This document shows, piece by piece, positions 1 to 8,889 of a DNA stretch of 57,599 nucleotides. Location of the stretch: assembly GCA_045545475.1 (NCBI GenBank), contig JAZQAZ010000003.1, positions 1 through 57,599 of the forward strand, read 5' to 3'. This stretch comes from Clostridia bacterium. Its GTDB lineage: Bacteria; Bacillota; Clostridia; CAKSNL01; HGM11501. A program made the position numbers and the translations under genes. The notes beneath the pieces are model-generated. The model was not told the origin of the DNA, made no database searches, and saw nothing but the letters and a program-made list of their open reading frames with translations. The first letter of the stretch is position 1, and the number at the start of each line of letters is the position of its first letter.

Positions 1-8
1 TTTTCAGT

Positions 9-959
9 TTGCTTTTTATGCATGCTGTTATCTTTTTTATAACAACAATAGGTCCTTTAGGAGAAAAAACCTTTTTGTTTCTTACATACTCGAATTCATT
101 TTGCATATGTATTGGAGCAAACTTGATTTTATCAGATCTTCTGAGTAACAATGCTCATATGTTTGTTTATGGAATAGGAATAGTGGTATTAATGCATCTG
201 TTTCTATACAAGAGTTTGCTTCCGAGTTATCAAAAAGCCAGGGTGTTCTTTTCTTCTGGTTGGTGGAAACTTAATGTTATATTAGTTTTCTTTTTCATAC
301 AGTTTTTGAATCAATATGCTTTCAGTATTGATATGAGCAATGCTCGTGATATAGTTTTTGATTTTGTTATTTTCAGTATTATTTTTTATTTAACATTAAT
401 TTTGATTTTTAATTTAGTGAAAGATACCGCTGAAATGAATAAAAAAACATATGAAAATGACGAACTGAAAAACGTTGCGTACATAGACGCTTTGACAAAT
501 ATGCAAAATAGAGCAGCATACGAGAAATTTACTAGAAGACAAGTATTAAATCACAGAAAGAATACTGGTACAAGTTTTATTTTTGTTATGCTGGACATCA
601 ATGGATTTAAAAGTATCAATGATACAAAAGGACATGCCGAAGGGGATAAAATTTTAAAACAAGTGGGCAATGTTATTACTAAATATTTTGAGTCTTATAA
701 TTGTGAAAGTTTTAGATTTGGTGGCGATGAATTTGTTGTGCTGATAGAAGATATACAATTATCTGATGTCAAGAACCTAATTGTAAAGTTGAATGAAGAA
801 TTATTTAAATTAAATAATACCACATTATCTCATGGTTGCGCAGAAGTGGATTTTAATAACGCAAAACCTTTTCATGTGGCTTTAAAAACGGCTGATGCAG
901 CTATGTATTCTAATAAAGAGCGATATTATTTGAATTTACGTAACAAGGGAGAGGCTTAA
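9..959 (+). CDS. Membrane-bound GGDEF diguanylate cyclase (probably 5'-partial at window edge)
   Basis: Hydrophobic N-terminal segments; DALTNMQNR, MLDINGFKSINDTKGHAEGD, RFGGDEF, ADAAMYSNK motifs. Confidence 0.9.
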   Translation: MLFMHAVIFFITTIGPLGEKTFLFLTYSNSFCICIGANLILSDLLSNNAHMFVYGIGIVVLMHLFLYKSLLPSYQKARVFFSSGWWKLNVILVFFFIQFLNQYAFSIDMSNARDIVFDFVIFSIIFYLTLILIFNLVKDTAEMNKKTYENDELKNVAYIDALTNMQNRAAYEKFTRRQVLNHRKNTGTSFIFVMLDINGFKSINDTKGHAEGDKILKQVGNVITKYFESYNCESFRFGGDEFVVLIEDIQLSDVKNLIVKLNEELFKLNNTTLSHGCAEVDFNNAKPFHVALKTADAAMYSNKERYYLNLRNKGEA

Positions 960-1012
960 ATGTTGAGAATTTTTACCTAAATCAGGTGGCATCTAAACCA
1001 TTCGGCTCTTCC

Positions 1013-1052
1013 AAAACAAGAAAGACATCCAATCGGATGTCTTTTTTGTTTT
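1013..1052. terminator. Bidirectional intrinsic terminator between convergent GGDEF and catalase genes
   Basis: AAAGACATCC-aatc-GGATGTCTTT stem with A/T tails. Confidence 0.75.
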
Positions 1053-1096
1053 GCATATCGCATATTTCGAAAAAATGGTTCTTATAGCTGTAAATA

Positions 1097-1762
1097 TCAG
1101 TTTTCAAATGACGGTGCAGTAGTTTTGTTATTGGCAAATGCATCAGGTCCAGGATCAGACATTGAAAAATACATTCTGGCTGCTTTTGTTGTGCCGAAAT
1201 CTTTATTTGAACCGCTGTTTTGTACTTTATTAAATGCATCACGAAACATCTGATTATGGGCTTCTTCTCTGTTAAGAAGAAAATCAATGGTTTCCTTTAC
1301 TTTTTTATCATCTATCTGCCGGTACAAGTATTCATAAACTACTTTTGCACGCTGCTCAGATGCGATATTACTTAATATATCGGCACACAGATCGCCAGTG
1401 ACTGTTACATAATCAGCGGTCCATGAGTATCCTGAGGAATTTATAAGACCGGGATTTAAGCCTAAAAGGACATGGGATTGTATTTCTCCTGCCTGAACAT
1501 TTTGGGCATTAACATCGTGACCATTAAGCATATTAATGGTTTGTGCAATCATTTCCATATGCCCAAGCTCTTCGGCGGCTATATCCAAAAACAAATCCTT
1601 AATCTCAGGATCTTTGATGCGAAAGCTCTGAGAAATATATTGCATAGCTGCTTTAAGTTCTCCGTTTCCGCCGCCAAGCTGTTCCTGAAGCAATACAGCA
1701 TACTGCGGATTCGGTTTTTCAACTTCTACCGGATGAAAAAGTAATTTTTCGTGTTTAAACAT
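1097..1762 (-). CDS. Manganese catalase family protein
   Basis: EQLGGGNGEL, EELGHMEM, SEQRA, REEAH ligand motifs; GGAGG RBS. Confidence 0.9.
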   Translation of the reverse strand: MFKHEKLLFHPVEVEKPNPQYAVLLQEQLGGGNGELKAAMQYISQSFRIKDPEIKDLFLDIAAEELGHMEMIAQTINMLNGHDVNAQNVQAGEIQSHVLLGLNPGLINSSGYSWTADYVTVTGDLCADILSNIASEQRAKVVYEYLYRQIDDKKVKETIDFLLNREEAHNQMFRDAFNKVQNSGSNKDFGTTKAARMYFSMSDPGPDAFANNKTTAPSFEN

Positions 1763-1898
1763 ATCTTTACCTCCAATTGCATTGTTCTGTTCATATTTTC
1801 AGCAATTTAAGATAAATTATTCGCCGAAAGAAGCTTTTTATCTATTATTTTCCGCTTTGCACATTTGCTTTTATAACTACTGTTTTCTCTTCCTTAAC

Positions 1899-2460
1899 TC
1901 ACCTGTTTACTATTTTATTCAAAATCCAATACAAAGAATTATTTTTATCTTTTGTATTCTTAATTTGCTCAAGTGCGGTTTTCATATCTGTGATTTCAAT
2001 CAATTCAGCAAGTTTGTTTAATATTTCTTCTGCGGATTCGTATGTCTTAAGCTCATAAGGTACATTATATTCATCGCAAATTGCCATAAAAATTGCATCG
2101 GCAAAGTCTGCCTGCCTTGCTTTAAGCTTTTCGCTGTCCTTTTGGTTACTTATAAATGCGGTTTCTACCAATACCGCAGGCATTGAAGTTCGCCTTAATA
2201 CAGCAAAATTAGCTGTTTTTGTACCTCTGTCCGTTGTGCCTAGAATTTCTACAATTTTACTTTGTATTTTCTTAGCTAAAGGCAATGCTTTGCTTGATGT
2301 ATTATATGTATAAACCTCGGTGCCGTTAGCTGTGCTGTTGGGTGAAGCATTGCAATGTATTGAAATAAACACATCCGCTCCCCAGACGTTTGCAAGTGAT
2401 GCACGTTTTTTAAAGAAGTGCTTGCGTTTGTGCCGAGTACCTCTCCTGATTTTTCCCCGA
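1899..2460 (-). pseudogene. N-acetylmuramoyl-L-alanine amidase (Amidase_3), 5'-truncated and frameshifted
   Basis: FISIHCNA, AVLRRTSMPAVLVETAFISN. Upstream KRASLANVWGADV is in frame, but EVLGTNASTSL is one base out of frame at the A6 run (2406-2411); the N-terminal DxGH/E zinc ligands are absent. Confidence 0.8.
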
Positions 2461-2744
2461 TCTCTTATATAGTTCGTGCTTGAAAATTAATCAATTTTTG
2501 TTTGATATAATGTATTTATGTCAAAGCGATATTATTCATGAATTCGTAGTTACGAAATAAATATAATAGAATTATGGCGAAGTCGTTAAAATCAAACTTC
2601 CTACAGAAGATGGAAGCATGAGGTTGCTGAATAAATAGTGTTGTCTAAAGCGTTTGAGATTTATGAAACAAACACCCCATAGGATGTTTGTTTTGTTTAT
2701 TGCTATTAAGATCTACTTTAATTCCACCGTCAAGCGATTTTCGC

Positions 2745-2773
2745 TTTACAATAAATGAAATAAGTGTTATACT
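2745..2773 (+). promoter_or_regulatory. sigmaA-like promoter of SLH gene
   Basis: TTTACA-17bp-TATACT with TG extension; GAGGTG RBS follows. Confidence 0.6.
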
Positions 2774-2793
2774 ATTTCACGAGGTGATTTTTT

Positions 2794-4158
2794 ATGAAAA
2801 AACTTTTAGCAATATTAATGGCTGTACTTATGATTGTCGGCAGTTTTTCTGTATGTTTGGCAGAAAGTGCTGATGGAGCTGAGCCGGCTCAAGTCCTTAA
2901 TAAATTGGGACTCTTTAACGGAACCGGAACAGACAGCGACGGCAATCCTGTTTTTGGCCTGGAAAATAAGCTCTCCAGACAGGAAGCAACTACATTATTG
3001 GTAAGAATTTTGGGCAAAGAAACTGAAGCTAAAAATGAATTAGCAAATATTCCTTTTACTGATGTTGATGAATGGGCAAAACCTTATGTAGGCTATGCTT
3101 ATAATCATGGTCTTGTAAACGGACTGGGAGAAACTATCTTCGGTTCCGGCAATCCCATTTCCGCAACAGAGTATCTTACTCTTATTTTACGTGCTCTCGG
3201 ATATAATGACAAGCAGGGCGACTTTGTTTGGAATGCTGCGTGGATTCTGTCTGACAGCCTTGGAATGACCGAAGGACAGTATAACGAAGAAACAAATGCC
3301 CTGTTTTGCAGAAAAGATGCGGCACTAATTTCCCGTAATGCACTTTATCAGAAAATAAAAGGAGGGGAGCAAACCCTGGTAAGCAAACTGTTTGCTGAAG
3401 GAGTTTTTTCTGCAGAACAGCTTGAGAGTACCAACGAGTCAAGCTTGTTAAAAGCGGCAGGACTTACTGTTGATCCCCTTGCTTCAGAAGGTGTCAAGAC
3501 GGTTGCTCCTGTGACGGGCATTACCTTTGAACAACGCGGCGTGTATGTGAAAATGACGCTTATAGAGCCAGAAGATAAAACAGGAATTGTGAGTTATGAA
3601 GCATTGATTTATGACAAAAACAATCCGGAGATTGCAGTTCATCGCAGCATCGCTTTGGATAATGCAACTGCACATTACCGCCTGGATAACTCCGGAATAT
3701 TTGTACTCGGCAATGAGTATAATGCCGTTAAAGTAATTTCAAATGGTGCCGAGGGTTATGCTCCTGCTTATTGGGAATCGGATATAGCGATTACCCCTGT
3801 ACAAAAGGATGTTACAATTACCGAAGCGTGGGTTGTAAACGATGACGAAATAGACCTTACTCTTGTCGGAGCGGAGCAGGGATATATGGGATTTATTTTC
3901 ACACGTAAGGATGGAACAGTTGTTGATGAGGACACTTTCTTTAATTACAATGGAACAACTGCTAAATACCGTGCAAACTTAAAAGAAAACTGGGCGGTTG
4001 AAGACAAAAAAGCTCTTGAAAACGGCGAGATTTCTGTTGCTTTAACAGGTATGAATATAGTTAAAATGAATGATGACGAAGGATTTTGGAGGATTGAATT
4101 CGAACGCATAAAAGCCTCGAAGGTAGAGGTTAAATGCAAGGTTGATATTATAGAATAA
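2794..4158 (+). CDS. Secreted S-layer homology (SLH) domain protein with unknown C-terminal region
   Basis: Signal peptide; LSRQEATTLLVRILG, PFTDVDEWAKPYVGYAYNHGLVNG, ISATEYLTLILRALGY. Confidence 0.85.
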   Translation: MKKLLAILMAVLMIVGSFSVCLAESADGAEPAQVLNKLGLFNGTGTDSDGNPVFGLENKLSRQEATTLLVRILGKETEAKNELANIPFTDVDEWAKPYVGYAYNHGLVNGLGETIFGSGNPISATEYLTLILRALGYNDKQGDFVWNAAWILSDSLGMTEGQYNEETNALFCRKDAALISRNALYQKIKGGEQTLVSKLFAEGVFSAEQLESTNESSLLKAAGLTVDPLASEGVKTVAPVTGITFEQRGVYVKMTLIEPEDKTGIVSYEALIYDKNNPEIAVHRSIALDNATAHYRLDNSGIFVLGNEYNAVKVISNGAEGYAPAYWESDIAITPVQKDVTITEAWVVNDDEIDLTLVGAEQGYMGFIFTRKDGTVVDEDTFFNYNGTTAKYRANLKENWAVEDKKALENGEISVALTGMNIVKMNDDEGFWRIEFERIKASKVEVKCKVDIIE

Positions 4159-4193
4159 AGTAAATTTGTTAAATGGCTAAGAGGGGAAAAGAC

Positions 4194-4811
4194 ATGAATA
4201 AAACAGAATTATTATATCAATTCAGTCGCACACCTTCCGCACGCAATTGCAAATCAATTGCAGATTTAGAGGAACGCTTTTCAACATGGTTGCGACGCAA
4301 CAACATTACGTTGATTACGCGTGGTAAAGATTATTTTGAAAATAATTTTTATTCCAGTGCGAACTACACAATGAAATTACTTAAAAAAGATAGAAATTTA
4401 TTATATGCATTTGGTCTTGACGAATCACATCTTGTAGTAAGCAGGCCTGACTATCGTGATAATCTTGATGAAGGTTATTCGCTTGGAGGACAGTTTAAGT
4501 TTTATGCAAACCAGGTACATAACAGAAGACAGGATGGGGAATATCGAAAAAGCGGCAAGAATCCGATTGCATTCGGTGCTTCGGGAAAAGTTATTTTAGC
4601 AATAATAATTCTTGTGGTGGTGTATATGCTTGTCGGAGATACTGTATGGGAGGCCATTACAAGCGGCGCAATATTTAAATTGATTTGTTTTGGTATTGCA
4701 GGATTTGCAAGCTATAAGGTTTTACGTTCTAAAAAAATGGGTTGGCCACTTCCGGTTAAGTTAATAGTATTGTTTGTTGTGTGGCTTGCACTTTTAAACT
4801 ATGATTTTTAA
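4194..4811 (+). CDS. Hypothetical membrane protein (three C-terminal TM helices)
   Basis: GAGGGG RBS before ATG 4194; hydrophobic C-terminus. Confidence 0.7.
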   Translation: MNKTELLYQFSRTPSARNCKSIADLEERFSTWLRRNNITLITRGKDYFENNFYSSANYTMKLLKKDRNLLYAFGLDESHLVVSRPDYRDNLDEGYSLGGQFKFYANQVHNRRQDGEYRKSGKNPIAFGASGKVILAIIILVVVYMLVGDTVWEAITSGAIFKLICFGIAGFASYKVLRSKKMGWPLPVKLIVLFVVWLALLNYDF

Positions 4812-4834
4812 TTGAACACTTGTTGTATTTAATA

Positions 4835-4869
4835 AAAAAGGGGCTGTAAAATAATTACAGCCCCTTTTT
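4835..4869. terminator. GGGGCTGTAA/TTACAGCCCC hairpin, bidirectional terminator
   Basis: 15-bp arms including A/T tails; sister hairpin at 53603-53635. Confidence 0.75.
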
Positions 4870-4870
4870 C

Positions 4871-5123
4871 AGGAGATAGGAAAAAATGCTTCAGAACGGA
4901 CAAACTGAATTGAGAAAGTCTGTTTACAGACTTTTCGAAAGTTACCCGAAGGCGTATATAGATACGTCGAGGGTGAAGTTTGTTCGTAGCAAAAAGGCTT
5001 AAAATGAAGAAAAATCGCAGGAATGCGATTTTTCAACACTATTTTACAACATAGAGTTTGTAACTTTGCCCAATCCACTAATTTATTTGCCTTTTTGCGG
5101 TCTGGACTTTTTTTACATCTCCT
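4871..5123. repeat. ~253-bp structured non-coding repeat (MITE/REPIN-like or ncRNA), copy 1
   Basis: Imperfect terminal inverted repeats and nested stems; 4987-5123 is the exact reverse complement of 57463-57599; diverged copy at 49350-49600. Confidence 0.85.
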
Positions 5124-5129
5124 TTTATT

Positions 5130-6989
5130 TTACTTTTGTTCTTCGACTATTACTTCCACGTTGTCGGTGCGGTTATCAAGTGAATGTTCTTTATAGAACT
5201 TAACCTCAGCTTTATTTTCCTTTCCGTAAAGCTCGAAAATTTCGATGGTGTTTTCCTCCTTCAAGAGTTCACCCGGCACATAAAGTCTTTCCTGAGGTCC
5301 GATATCCCAGTAGCGGCCTAAGTTAAAGCCGTTAATCCATATCATACCCTTCTCCAGGTTTTCCGCCTTGATGAAGGTATCAATCCCTGCTTCTGCCTTA
5401 AAGGTTCCCTTATAGAAGCAGGGCTTATTTTTGCCCACGTTTCCGTTATATGTAACCTTTGAAATATCCTTTAAGGGAAGTGAATATATTTCCCAGTTCA
5501 TAAGAAGTGAAAAGTCATGATATTTTCTTCCCGTCTCGGGGCCTATTCTGTCAAGATGAACGCAGTCAGTAATACCCTTGTGCTCCGTTGTCATAAAGAG
5601 ACCGTATCCTATTCTTCCCATATTTTCAACCAAAATGGAAAGCTTTGCCCCCTCTTTCGGGATTGTAAAGCGTATATCATATTCTCTGTCACGGTATGCT
5701 GTTCCTAAATATTCGCCGCCTAAGTAAACCGTCGCTCTGTCGCGGAGTCCTTCTATTGAAAGAGCTCTTATCTGATCGTCGGTATATTCAAGGAAGGTTT
5801 CATAAAGCACAAAGCCATAGGCCTGATCAAGCTCTTCAAAGGTTCTGGTCTGGGGCGAGAATATCTTTTTAGCGGCAATATCTTCTACAGAATCGAAAAA
5901 GCTTCCGCACTCTGTAAGGGTAATTTCTTCCGGTGCCTGGGAGATGTATTCATATTCGTTTCGCTCATAAGGGATGCCGCGTTTTTCGCAAAGCACCTTT
6001 TTAAGCTCATAATATTTTTCCGTAGGTCTGCCCTCTTCGCTTATGGGAGCATCCACGTCATAGCTTGTTTCAAAGGGAACGTATCTGTTCTTAGCATAGG
6101 GTGCATCCTTTCTGAATATGCCGTAGTTTGCACCCGCTGAAAAGCCGAAGTTTGTACCGCCTGAGAACATATAGAAGTTTACCATAAATCCCTTATCCAG
6201 GCTGTTTTTGTAATTTGCCGCAGCCCCCTCAGGTGTCTGACGGAAAAATACACCGCCCCACTGCTGGGCACGGCCTGCCCACTGCTCACACACCATCAAA
6301 GGCCTGTCGCCCTGAAATTCCTTAAGAGTTTCCTTAGCACCTTCGGGAACAGTTCCCACATCTATACCTGTCCATATTTCGGGAACGCTTCCCCACTTAA
6401 GGTGCTTCATTTCGTGTCCGTTTGCCGTATATAAAGGCACATCCACACCAAGCTCACGGAGCATATCGGAAACAGCTCTTATATACGAAGTATCGTTTCC
6501 GAAGGAGCCGTATTCATTTTCAACCGCAACGGCAATTATTGGGCCTCCTTTGGTGGATAAAAGCGGAACAAATTCCTTTGCCAGTCTTTCGGTATATTCT
6601 CTTACGTGACGCATATAGTTTTCTTCGTTACAGCGGATCTGTATGTTTCTGTCTTTAAGTAACCAATAAGGAAGTCCGCCTAAATCCTGCTCTCCGCACA
6701 TATAGGGAGATGGACGGAGAAGCACCTTTAAACCTATATCCCCTGCCATACGGATGAATGCCGCAAGGTCCAAATTATCCTCAAAATGAAATTCACCTTT
6801 CTCAGGCTCGTGCATATTCCAGGGCACATAGGTTTGTACGCAGGTTAATCCAAAGTCCTTCATAAGCTTCAAGCGTCTTTCCCAGCCGCCTTTTAAAAAT
6901 CTGAAATAGTGCATATCTCCCGATGCGATATAAAAAGGCTTTCCGCCAAGATAAAGCTCATTACCTTTAATTTCAAGCAACTCTTTCAT
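5130..6989 (-). CDS. GH35 beta-galactosidase-like glycoside hydrolase
   Basis: SGDMHYFR, TYVPWNMHEP, GGLPYWL, AVENEYG, NFYMFSGGTNFG, TSYDVDAP, GFNLGRYW. Confidence 0.9.
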   Translation of the reverse strand: MKELLEIKGNELYLGGKPFYIASGDMHYFRFLKGGWERRLKLMKDFGLTCVQTYVPWNMHEPEKGEFHFEDNLDLAAFIRMAGDIGLKVLLRPSPYMCGEQDLGGLPYWLLKDRNIQIRCNEENYMRHVREYTERLAKEFVPLLSTKGGPIIAVAVENEYGSFGNDTSYIRAVSDMLRELGVDVPLYTANGHEMKHLKWGSVPEIWTGIDVGTVPEGAKETLKEFQGDRPLMVCEQWAGRAQQWGGVFFRQTPEGAAANYKNSLDKGFMVNFYMFSGGTNFGFSAGANYGIFRKDAPYAKNRYVPFETSYDVDAPISEEGRPTEKYYELKKVLCEKRGIPYERNEYEYISQAPEEITLTECGSFFDSVEDIAAKKIFSPQTRTFEELDQAYGFVLYETFLEYTDDQIRALSIEGLRDRATVYLGGEYLGTAYRDREYDIRFTIPKEGAKLSILVENMGRIGYGLFMTTEHKGITDCVHLDRIGPETGRKYHDFSLLMNWEIYSLPLKDISKVTYNGNVGKNKPCFYKGTFKAEAGIDTFIKAENLEKGMIWINGFNLGRYWDIGPQERLYVPGELLKEENTIEIFELYGKENKAEVKFYKEHSLDNRTDNVEVIVEEQK

Positions 6990-7103
6990 AATTATAACTC
7001 CCCTTTCGTTGTTAAACTCATATTATCACAGCTTTTTTCTTATTTCAATATGAAAATATTGCGATAACAGGACAAAGTTGCGATTTTTTTTGTAATATTT
7101 TTA

Positions 7104-7132
7104 TTGAAAAATCCTTTTATTTATCCTATAAT
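7104..7132 (+). promoter_or_regulatory. sigmaA-like promoter
   Basis: TTGAAA-17bp-TATAAT. Confidence 0.6.
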
Positions 7133-7150
7133 GGCCTTGAGGTGATTAAA

Positions 7151-8797
7151 ATGATTTTCTCCATAAATTCAAACGGAAACCAAAAGCAGGAAGAAATATT
7201 GAAAAAGCGACTTTCTGAGCGTTTAGATGCAGAATTTTCCGACGGCGGTCTTTTAATTGACCTTTCCATAGATTCTTCTATAGAAAAAGCAGAAAGCTTT
7301 ATTATAGAAGAAAAAGACGGCGGCTTTTACATAAAGGCATCGGACTCTCTCGGTCTTTTTTACGGCATAGGTAAGCTTTTACATTCAGGAAAATGGGAGT
7401 CTGACACCTTTTCTCCCATTCCCACAAAAGGGTTGATGAGTCCCGACTGTTCATTCCGTGCAACCTATGTTGCCCGCCATTTTTACAACTTTTACGATGT
7501 TGCACCAATGGATGAAATAGAGCGTTATTTAGAAGATTTACTCCTTTGGGGACAAAACACCGTAATTTTAACCTTAAGTACCGCAGGTGCAAAAAGTTAT
7601 GATGATCCTTTATTTAAAAAGGCCTATGAAAAGATAGGGGAAATTTCCGCCGTTTCAAAAGCTTTGGGGTTAAAAATCGGCGTACTTATGGGAAACTGCC
7701 TTTTTACCGACATTCCCGAAGAAATAAAAGCTCTTCCTCCTGTACAGATACGCTATCGCGGAAATTTGGGCAACAAAATCTGCCCCTCGAAAAAAGGCGG
7801 TATGGAATATCTGAAAAATCATTGGAAACGTCAGCTTGAAGGGCTTTCCACGCTTGATTATATTATTACCTGGCCCTATGACGAGGGCGGTTGCGGCTGC
7901 AGCGAATGTACTCCCTGGGGCTCAAATAAGTTCTGCGATATGACAAAGGAGCTTTATGCCCTTGCAAAAAACCATTTCCCCGATGTCAAAATTGGTATGT
8001 CCACCTGGGTTTTTGACTTTCCCGAAAGTGAAGGCGAATATGAAGGGCTTTTCCGCCGTCTTGATGACGATATGTCCTTTGTTTCCTTCCTTATGACAGA
8101 CTCCCACCACGATTTTCCGAAATATCCGTTAGAGCATAGTTGTCCCCGCCCCATAATTAACTTCCCCGAAATTTCCATGTGGTCACTCTATCCCTGGGGA
8201 GGTCTGGGTGCAAATCCCCTGCCCAAGCGATTCCAGAGAATATGGGATTCGTCAAAGCACATCTTAAACGGCGGTCTTCCCTATTCCGAGGGAATTTATG
8301 AGGATATATCCAAGGTGCAGTGCCTCTCCTATTACTGGGACAAGAATAAAAGCTATACGGAGAGTTTATCCGAATACATAAACTATGAATACTCGTCAGA
8401 GGTAACTGACGAGTGTCTGGAGCTTATGGAAATAATAGAGGAAAACCACACCCTCATTTCAAAATGCGCCGAGCCCGTAAAGGTCGACCGCACAAAGGAT
8501 TTGGCAGAGTCCATCAACTCCCGCCTCTCAGGCCGTGCGAAAAAGAGCTGGCGCTGGAGAATATTATACATCCGCGCAATCCTTGACTATAAGAGATATT
8601 CTATGTATCTTTCCATAGAAAATCCCGAGCCTTCCGACAGAAACTATTTAATAAAGCACACCGGCGAAATATTAAAGGACGATGCCGAGGCGCAAGCCAT
8701 GTTTTCAGAATTAATAGGATACTACCACGCCGTTCCCCACAACGGAAGAAACGGTTGGACGCTTCCGCCATTGGGACAGACATATTTTTCGGATTGA
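7151..8797 (+). CDS. Putative glycoside hydrolase with GH20/GH67-type N-terminal domain
   Basis: ESFII...IKASDSLGLFYGIGKLL...PDCSFR pattern of GH20 domain 2; WPYDEGGCGCSEC; ATG 7151 after GAGGTG. Confidence 0.55.
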   Translation: MIFSINSNGNQKQEEILKKRLSERLDAEFSDGGLLIDLSIDSSIEKAESFIIEEKDGGFYIKASDSLGLFYGIGKLLHSGKWESDTFSPIPTKGLMSPDCSFRATYVARHFYNFYDVAPMDEIERYLEDLLLWGQNTVILTLSTAGAKSYDDPLFKKAYEKIGEISAVSKALGLKIGVLMGNCLFTDIPEEIKALPPVQIRYRGNLGNKICPSKKGGMEYLKNHWKRQLEGLSTLDYIITWPYDEGGCGCSECTPWGSNKFCDMTKELYALAKNHFPDVKIGMSTWVFDFPESEGEYEGLFRRLDDDMSFVSFLMTDSHHDFPKYPLEHSCPRPIINFPEISMWSLYPWGGLGANPLPKRFQRIWDSSKHILNGGLPYSEGIYEDISKVQCLSYYWDKNKSYTESLSEYINYEYSSEVTDECLELMEIIEENHTLISKCAEPVKVDRTKDLAESINSRLSGRAKKSWRWRILYIRAILDYKRYSMYLSIENPEPSDRNYLIKHTGEILKDDAEAQAMFSELIGYYHAVPHNGRNGWTLPPLGQTYFSD

Positions 8798-8815
8798 TTA
8801 ACGGTATTAATAATT

Positions 8816-8860
8816 AAAAGGGAAAAGTATATTGCATACTTTTCCCTTTTTTGCTATAAT
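8816..8860 (+). promoter_or_regulatory. Terminator-like 15-bp inverted repeat overlapping the promoter of phosphatase gene 1
   Basis: AAAAGGGAAAAGTAT-attgc-ATACTTTTCCCTTTT; TTGCAT(8832)-17bp-TATAAT(8855). Confidence 0.7.
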
Positions 8861-8889
8861 AAAATCAGACATAATAAGGAGGAATTAAA

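Noticed and set aside
4869-5078. 69-aa minus-strand ORF inside the repeat element
   Set aside because: No clear RBS; its start region falls in the segment that has diverged in copy 2; conservation follows base pairing, not codons
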